Shown: in pieces, positions 57,518 through 64,000 of the stretch
How the letters are laid out: each line of letters begins with the position of its first letter
Numbering within the stretch: the stretch's first letter is position 1
Origin: Halarcobacter sp.
Lineage (GTDB): Bacteria; Campylobacterota; Campylobacteria; Campylobacterales; Arcobacteraceae
Length of the DNA stretch: 64,000 nt
Reading direction: 5' to 3'
Assembly: GCA_963676565.1 (NCBI GenBank)
Contig: OY781089.1
Coordinates: 2,080,001-2,144,000 of the forward strand
Translations under genes and position numbers: made by a program
Notes under the pieces: model-generated
Seen by the model: only the letters and a program-made list of their open reading frames with translations
Database searches by the model: none
Told to the model about the DNA's origin: nothing

Positions 57518-58432
57518 TTATTTTTTAGTTTTTCTATCAATTAAATCAACAATTAAGTCAATTTTTTTATCATTATAATCTATACCAATTTTTTCTTGCT
57601 CTGGAGTTAAAAATGCAGGTATCCCATTAACCTCTAAAACAATATACTCTTCTTTTTTTCTATCATAGATAATATCAACTCCAGCGATATCTAGTCCCGT
57701 AACTTTAGCGGCATTTAGTGCCAATTCGATTACACTTTCTGGAATCTCTCTTTTAAAAACACTTCCCCCACTAGTAACATTTGTTCTCCAATCTGTTCCA
57801 CTAGCACGTCTACCATATCCACCAACATAAACACCATCTACAATATCTATTCTAAAGTCACTATTGTCATAATCAATAAATTTCTCTACGTAAAAAAATC
57901 TTAAATCCATTTGATTTAAAAATGGCAATAACATATCAAGGGTTTCTTCATTTTCAATTTTAGTTAATCCAACTCCACCCCAACCATCAGTTGGTTTATA
58001 AACCATTTTATCCCATTTTTTAATTATTTTTTTTAGTTGACCAGTATCATCTCGATGACAAAGTTTATAATCTGCAGTTTGTATTTTGTTTCTTCTTAAA
58101 ACAAATGATGTATGAAATTTATCTTCAGTTAATTCAAAAGATTCAAAAGAGTTAATCATAGGAATAACTTTACTTAAGGCCTTATATAGATACATTTGAT
58201 ATTGAGTTTGTTCCCCTGCATTGTATGAAAAGAATAAATCCAATTTATCTAACTTAATATTTTTGCCATCTCTTTCATATAAAATGTGACCATTTTTTGC
58301 TATAGCATCCCTAAGGTTAATATTAGAAATAACCTCAATTCCTTTTTCATTTAATCGTTCAATAATCTTTTCTTGAATTATATCACCACCACCATTTTGG
58401 TATAACCACATACCAATTGTTCTTGCTCCCAT
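57518..58432 (-). CDS. RimK/LysX-type ATP-grasp amide ligase
   Basis: DKFHT, YKPTDGWGGVG, VEKFI, DFRI, WRTNVTSGG, AGVDII and VLEVNGIP motifs. Confidence 0.88.
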   Translation of the reverse strand: MGARTIGMWLYQNGGGDIIQEKIIERLNEKGIEVISNINLRDAIAKNGHILYERDGKNIKLDKLDLFFSYNAGEQTQYQMYLYKALSKVIPMINSFESFELTEDKFHTSFVLRRNKIQTADYKLCHRDDTGQLKKIIKKWDKMVYKPTDGWGGVGLTKIENEETLDMLLPFLNQMDLRFFYVEKFIDYDNSDFRIDIVDGVYVGGYGRRASGTDWRTNVTSGGSVFKREIPESVIELALNAAKVTGLDIAGVDIIYDRKKEEYIVLEVNGIPAFLTPEQEKIGIDYNDKKIDLIVDLIDRKTKK

Positions 58433-58458
58433 AAGTTCTCCTAATTTATATATTCCTA

Positions 58459-59550
58459 CTATCTTTGTTGATAAAAACTTAAAATTTTTGTCATCATTTC
58501 GATTCGCTGTTCAAATGAACTTTTTAATGCTCTTTCTTTTTTTGTATGGTCACCGTCTCCAAAAGGACCAAAGCCATCAATTGTTGTTACTCCACAACTT
58601 GCAACAATATTGGCATCACTAACACCACCTCTTCTTTCTGTTTGAATTTTTTGATTAGTCAATTCTTCAAAAAATTTAATCAAATCTAACTGACTTTGGT
58701 TTTGCTCCATTACTCCTCTTTGGATTATACCCTCTGCGTGGGAAATGGTTCCTTCAACAAATGATTTATTAGTGATTTCTTCTACACTTTTCATAACTCT
58801 TTCTTGTTCACTAACTTTGTCAAATCGAAATTCCATATGCATCTCACAATGGGGCGATACAGTATTAATTCCAATACCACCTTCCATCTTGCCTACATTT
58901 ACAATAGTTCCTTCATCAAAGTTTATTAATTCATGAAATTTTTGAAGTTTAATAGCTCCTTCAAGATTTGCATTGATACCTTTTTTGTATGAAGTTCCTG
59001 CATGTGCAGCTTTTCCTTCAACTTTTATAATATATCTTCCAACACCTTTTCTTGCTGTAACTACTTCAAGCTCTTTGCCTGCTGCTTCAAATACAAAACA
59101 ATAATCATAATCCTTTGCAATTGATGCTGTAACTTCTTTTGAGTCATCACTTCCTGTCTCTTCGTCTGAAACCAATAAAAAATCAATATTGAAAATTTCT
59201 TTATTTTTCTTAAAAATGTTTCTAAGAGATTGTAAGGCTACAATATTACCACCTTTCATATCACATGCACCAGGACCATATATCCAATCTTCATCTTCAC
59301 TAAAACCTTCAAAATATCCCTTAGGAAAAACAGTATCGTTATGTCCTAATAAAAGTATTTTTTTCCCATCTTTTCTAGCAGATTGATATAGGATATGATC
59401 ACCAATTAATTCTCTTTTGAATATTTTTTTTGAAAAGCCAAGTTCTTCTAGCCATTTACTCATGTAACTACTAACTTCATCGACACCATGTTTGTTATGG
59501 GTGTATGAGTTAATATTAATGATTGTTTTTAAGTCTTTTAAGTAATTCAA
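58459..59550 (-). CDS. M20 metallopeptidase (carboxypeptidase G2-like)
   Basis: GHNDTV, GACDMKGG, SDEETG, FEAA, GKAAHAG, GGVSD and GDHT motifs. Confidence 0.9.
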   Translation of the reverse strand: MNYLKDLKTIININSYTHNKHGVDEVSSYMSKWLEELGFSKKIFKRELIGDHILYQSARKDGKKILLLGHNDTVFPKGYFEGFSEDEDWIYGPGACDMKGGNIVALQSLRNIFKKNKEIFNIDFLLVSDEETGSDDSKEVTASIAKDYDYCFVFEAAGKELEVVTARKGVGRYIIKVEGKAAHAGTSYKKGINANLEGAIKLQKFHELINFDEGTIVNVGKMEGGIGINTVSPHCEMHMEFRFDKVSEQERVMKSVEEITNKSFVEGTISHAEGIIQRGVMEQNQSQLDLIKFFEELTNQKIQTERRGGVSDANIVASCGVTTIDGFGPFGDGDHTKKERALKSSFEQRIEMMTKILSFYQQR

Positions 59551-59673
59551 GTTTACCCTTATTTTTTTAATAGGGCAGTCTCTAAAGTAAGAAAGCCAAG
59601 TAATTATATAACTACTTGACTTATATGTGTAGTTTAAGCTGGTTACTTTGTAACCATTTTGTAAATAAAATAA

Positions 59674-60912
59674 CTATTTGTTCTGTGTTTGACCAGCTAT
59701 GATAAATCTTAACGCATTAAGTCTAATAAACCCTTCTGCATCTTTTTGATTATAAACTTCATCTTCTTCAAAAGTTGAGTGTGCTTCTGAGAATAAAGAT
59801 TTTTCAGATTCTCTACCAACAACTATTACATTACCTTTATAAAGTTTTAATTTAACTCTACCTTCTACATTCTCTTGAGTTTTATCAATTGCAGCTTGTA
59901 GCATCTCTCTTTCAGGTGAGAACCAATAACCTTGATAAATTAGTTTAGCATATCTTGGCATCATCTCATCTTTTAAGTGAGCTTCTTCTCTATCTAAAGT
60001 AATAGATTCAATTGCTCTGTGAGCTTTTAGCATGATAGTTCCACCTGGAGTTTCATAACATCCTCTAGCTTTCATACCAACATATCTATTTTCAACAATA
60101 TCAATTCTTCCAATACCATGTTTATTTCCATATTGGTTTAATGTTTCAAGAATAGTTGCAGGAGACATAGCTTCACCATTAATTGCAATAGGGTCACCAT
60201 TTTTATAATCAATTGTGATGTATTCTGGTTCATCAGGAGCATTTTCTGGAGAATTAGTCCATAACCACATTGCTTCTTCTGGTTCTGCATTTGGATTTTC
60301 TAATAATAAACCTTCATATGAAATATGTAAAAGGTTTGCATCCATTGAATATGGACTTACAACCGGGTTTCCATTTTCATCAATATGTTTTTTATCAATT
60401 TGTATACCATTTTTCTTTGCATAAGCAAGTAGTTTTTCCCTTGAATTTAAATCCCATTCTCTCCAAGGTGCAATAACAGTAATATCTGGATTTAATCCTA
60501 AATATCCTAACTCAAATCTAACTTGGTCATTACCTTTACCTGTTGCTCCATGTGATACAGCATCTGCACCCATTTTATTTGCAATTTCAATTTGTTTTTT
60601 AGCAATTAAAGGTCTTGCAATTGAAGTACCTAGTAAATATTCACCCTCATAAATTGCATTTGCTCTAAACATTGGGAATACATAATCTTTTACAAATTCT
60701 TCTTTAATATCTAAAATAAAAATATTTTCTGGTTTAATTCCACATGCAAGTGCTTTTTCTCTTGCTGGTTCTACCTCTTCCCCTTGACCTAAGTCAGCTG
60801 TAAAAGTGATAACTTCTGCATTATACTCATCTTGTAGCCATTTTAATATTGTAGATGTATCAAGCCCACCACTGTAAGCAAGTACAACTTTTTTAACTTC
60901 TTTTTTGCTCAT
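59674..60912 (-). CDS. argG: Argininosuccinate synthase
   Basis: [21 protein letters not shown] and YETPGG motifs. Confidence 0.97.
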   Translation of the reverse strand: MSKKEVKKVVLAYSGGLDTSTILKWLQDEYNAEVITFTADLGQGEEVEPAREKALACGIKPENIFILDIKEEFVKDYVFPMFRANAIYEGEYLLGTSIARPLIAKKQIEIANKMGADAVSHGATGKGNDQVRFELGYLGLNPDITVIAPWREWDLNSREKLLAYAKKNGIQIDKKHIDENGNPVVSPYSMDANLLHISYEGLLLENPNAEPEEAMWLWTNSPENAPDEPEYITIDYKNGDPIAINGEAMSPATILETLNQYGNKHGIGRIDIVENRYVGMKARGCYETPGGTIMLKAHRAIESITLDREEAHLKDEMMPRYAKLIYQGYWFSPEREMLQAAIDKTQENVEGRVKLKLYKGNVIVVGRESEKSLFSEAHSTFEEDEVYNQKDAEGFIRLNALRFIIAGQTQNK

Positions 60913-61014
60913 AATATATCCTATGAAATGGTTATTTTAAAGAACGCATTTTAACAAAAGAAAGCTATAAAATAGTTTATATAACTTTCTTCCTTTTATT
61001 ATGTTATTTTTTGT

Positions 61015-62451
61015 TTAAGCAGTATCTTTTCCAATAAATTCTTTTTCATTTGCTTCAGAAACAATAAATTTAGCTATTTCATCTGTTTGTTGAGCTATAA
61101 CTTTAGTTTCATTGGCAATTGAAGCGTTTTGTTGTGTTTGTTGGTCAAGATTATTGATGGCATCATTAATTTGAACAATTCCGGATTCTTGTTCTTTTGA
61201 CGCAGATTCGACATTTGAGATAAGTTCAATTGTTTTATTAATATTTTCATTTAGATAGTTATATCCCAAAATCATTTTATCTGAAATCATTTTCCCATTA
61301 TTTGCTTTAGTTGTTGCTTTTTCAACTAAATTTTTAATCTCTTTTGCTGCTTCAGCTGACCTAGAAGCTAAGTTTCTAACTTCTTGTGCAACTACTGCAA
61401 ATCCTTTTCCTGCTTCACCTGCTGTGGCTGCTTCTACAGCTGCATTTAGTGAAAGAATATTTGTTTGGAAGGCTATTTGGTCAATTACAGTAATTGCTTC
61501 ATTTATAGCATTAACTTCGTCATCAATTTCATTCATAGCAGTTGTTGTTTGTTGTGCTAAATCTTTTCCTTCATTTGCAGAGATGGTAACTTGATTTGCA
61601 AAGTCAGTCATTTTTATAACATTTTGTGTATTTGCTGAAATATTTGAGGTAATCTCTTCTAAAGCAGCAGCTGTCTCTTCTAATGATGCAGCAGCTTCAT
61701 TTGAATTTATATTTAAGTTATCAACATTTGATAAAAGAATATTTGAACTTTTTTCTAGTGTAAGTCCATTTTTTTTATTATCTAACAACATTTTATTAAT
61801 AACATCCGCTAAGTTATTTAGTCCAATTGCAGTTTCTCCTAGATTATTATCATCTGCTATTTTATATGTAAAATCAAGGTTTTGATAGGAGATTAAAGCT
61901 TTTGTAATATTGTTTAAATCCTTATTAACTTTAGAAGATACAATTTTAAACAGTTCATTGATTCCATTTTTAAGTTCTTCAATACCTGTGTTTGTTGTAC
62001 TTTCTTCTATTGTTTGGTTCATATTACCTTCTTTTGCAACATCAATAGCATCTTTTACTGAATTAATTACACTTTTTGAGTCTGTAATATCTTGAGCAAA
62101 TTTAACGACTCTTATCACAACACCTTTATTATCCCTTACAGGAGTATAAGAAGCTTGAATCCAAATTGAGCTACCATCTTTTTTAAATCTTTCAAACTCA
62201 TTGATATTAGATTTACCACTAGCTAAATCTTTCCAAAATTGAGAGTATTCAGAAGAATTTACATAAGTTTTATCACAAAATATTCTATGGTGTTTACCTT
62301 CAATCTCATTTAAAGAGTATCCTAACGCATTTAAAAAATTATCATTGGCATGAATGATTGTACCATCAGGCTTAAAAGAAATAATTGCATAGTTTTCTTC
62401 CATTGCAAGTAATCTCCCTGATTCTTCCTGTGTCTTCCCAAAATTAAACAT
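61015..62451 (-). CDS. Soluble PAS-containing chemoreceptor
   Basis: PAS ([19 protein letters not shown]); no TM; MCP signalling hairpin. Confidence 0.92.
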   Translation of the reverse strand: MFNFGKTQEESGRLLAMEENYAIISFKPDGTIIHANDNFLNALGYSLNEIEGKHHRIFCDKTYVNSSEYSQFWKDLASGKSNINEFERFKKDGSSIWIQASYTPVRDNKGVVIRVVKFAQDITDSKSVINSVKDAIDVAKEGNMNQTIEESTTNTGIEELKNGINELFKIVSSKVNKDLNNITKALISYQNLDFTYKIADDNNLGETAIGLNNLADVINKMLLDNKKNGLTLEKSSNILLSNVDNLNINSNEAAASLEETAAALEEITSNISANTQNVIKMTDFANQVTISANEGKDLAQQTTTAMNEIDDEVNAINEAITVIDQIAFQTNILSLNAAVEAATAGEAGKGFAVVAQEVRNLASRSAEAAKEIKNLVEKATTKANNGKMISDKMILGYNYLNENINKTIELISNVESASKEQESGIVQINDAINNLDQQTQQNASIANETKVIAQQTDEIAKFIVSEANEKEFIGKDTA

Positions 62452-62593
62452 AATAAGTGCCTCCTATTATTTACTTATATTTCAACTGTTGAAAAAATTA
62501 TAGTAAAACATAGTATTGTGAAAGTATTATTTTTTCTTATTCTTATATTTTTAAAAAAAGTGTTTTTAAAAAGTTTTAGATATAATTTAAACT

Positions 62594-62845
62594 ATGAGAA
62601 TAGATAAATTTTTAAATGCAGTTAATATTACAAAAAGAAGAGCGGTTGCTGAGGATATGCTTGAGCATAAGGTTGTTTTCATAAATAATCAAGCTGTAAA
62701 GAAGGCAAAAGAGGTAAAAGTTGGTGATTTAATTGAAATTAAATATCTTGAAAGAAGTGATAAATTTAAGGTATTACAGATACCAACTACAAAATCTACA
62801 CCAAAATCTAAAATGGCAGAATATGTCGAAAAAATAGAAGGATAA
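62594..62845 (+). CDS. S4-domain RNA-binding protein (Hsp15/RqcP-like)
   Basis: MRIDKFL...KRRAVA...KEVKVGD. Confidence 0.9.
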   Translation: MRIDKFLNAVNITKRRAVAEDMLEHKVVFINNQAVKKAKEVKVGDLIEIKYLERSDKFKVLQIPTTKSTPKSKMAEYVEKIEG

Positions 62846-62848
62846 TAG

Positions 62849-63832
62849 ATGTTCAATATGGCTAAATTAAAATTTGATGATATATTTGAAAATAAACTTC
62901 CTGAGGACGAGGTTAGAGAATATTTAATTGAATTATATAATAGAGGTGAAACTGCAGCTGAAATTGCAGGAGCAGCAAGTGCTATGAGAGACCATTTAAT
63001 TCCTTTGCCAGTCCATTATGATTTAAAAGAAAAATTAATTGATAATTGTGGTACAGGTGGTGATAAATCTAATTCATTTAATATTTCAACTACTGTTTCG
63101 ATTCTTTTAGCCGCTTGCGGATGTTATGTTGCAAAACATGGTAATAGAAGTATTACGAGTAAGAGTGGTAGTGCAGATATGTTAGAAGCACTGGGATTAA
63201 ATTTAAATCTTTCTTTAGAAAATACAGCAAAAATGTTGGAAGATACAGGTTTTTGTTTTATGTTTGCACAAAATCACCATCCAGCTATGAAATATGTTAT
63301 GCCTATAAGAAAATCAATCCCACATAGAACTATATTTAATATTTTAGGGCCTTTAGCTAATCCTGCTACTGTATCAAAACAACTAATTGGTGTATTTAGT
63401 GATTCCTATATTAATAAAATGATTACTGCACTCACTTTATTAGATACAAATAGAGCAATGGTAGTAAGTTCAAAAGATGGCATGGATGAAATATCTATAA
63501 GTGATATAAGTTATGCAACTAGTTTAATTAATGAAAGGACTAGTGATTTTATTATAGATCCACAAGAGTATGGAATGAAACTATCTCCTAAAGAAGCAAT
63601 ATTAGGCGGAGATGCCACATATAATGCAAAAATTACAAAAGCAATATTATCTAATGAAGAAGAGGGTGCAAAACTTGACATTGTATTAATTAATGCTGCA
63701 GCAGCATTAATTGTTGATGAAAAAGCAAATGATTTTAAAGAGGGTATTGAAATAGCAAGAGATGCTATAAAAAGTTTAAAAGCAAAAGAAAAATTAGAAG
63801 AGTTAATTGCAGTTTCTTCAAAATTAAATTAG
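62849..63832 (+). CDS. trpD: Anthranilate phosphoribosyltransferase
   Basis: CGTGGD, FNISTT, KHGNRS, SGSAD and GMDE motifs. Confidence 0.96.
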   Translation: MFNMAKLKFDDIFENKLPEDEVREYLIELYNRGETAAEIAGAASAMRDHLIPLPVHYDLKEKLIDNCGTGGDKSNSFNISTTVSILLAACGCYVAKHGNRSITSKSGSADMLEALGLNLNLSLENTAKMLEDTGFCFMFAQNHHPAMKYVMPIRKSIPHRTIFNILGPLANPATVSKQLIGVFSDSYINKMITALTLLDTNRAMVVSSKDGMDEISISDISYATSLINERTSDFIIDPQEYGMKLSPKEAILGGDATYNAKITKAILSNEEEGAKLDIVLINAAAALIVDEKANDFKEGIEIARDAIKSLKAKEKLEELIAVSSKLN

Positions 63833-63840
63833 GCTATTCC

Positions 63841-64000
63841 TTGTTTACAAAAATTTTAGCTTTAGATGAAATAAATGTTGTTGTTGAGGAATTAAAAAAG
63901 TTATTAGAAAACTTTAATAATGAAGCTATTGTTATTTTACGAGGAGATTTAGCAAGTGGAAAAACTACATTTGTAAAAAACTTTGTAAAATCATCAGGAA
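63841..64000 (+). CDS. tsaE: tRNA t6A biosynthesis ATPase TsaE, 3'-truncated by window edge
   Basis: Read manually from TTG: MFTKILALDEI...VILRGDLASGKTTFVK (TsaE-type P-loop). Confidence 0.85.
   Translation, partial: MFTKILALDEINVVVEELKKLLENFNNEAIVILRGDLASGKTTFVKNFVKSSG

Overview
AT-rich bacterial chromosomal segment. Gene content and signals (fused CcsBA cytochrome c synthase, dimeric dUTPase, cytochrome c553, many PAS/HK/GGDEF/MCP genes, TATAAT-dominated promoters) point to Campylobacterota, most likely Arcobacteraceae (inference). I saw no rRNA, tRNA, CRISPR array, integrase or transposase. Housekeeping genes include lipA, a lipoyl ligase, aceE-aceF-lpdA, ccsBA, cmoB, trpB, dnaJ, recR, dUTPase, argG, trpD and partial tsaE. 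Three accessory modules stand out. (1) An IclR-linked operon with three CitE-superfamily domains (one fused to an acyl-CoA synthetase) plus a mesaconyl-CoA hydratase, next to pyruvate dehydrogenase. (2) A B12 glutamate-mutase operon (S, E, L) ending in an adenylating ligase instead of methylaspartate ammonia-lyase. (3) A four-gene cytoplasmic 'writer/eraser' operon: M20 peptidase, RimK-type ATP-grasp, a second ATP-grasp fused to ComEA-like helix-hairpin-helix repeats, and a large M14 carboxypeptidase. I also found two small ORFs missing from the ORF track (37 aa and 56 aa), a small HTH-like gene followed by four spaced TTCAAAATG repeats, a 231-bp perfect repeat shared by aceF and lpdA, and several candidate leaderless genes. 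All family calls come from reading motifs by eye; no database searches were run.
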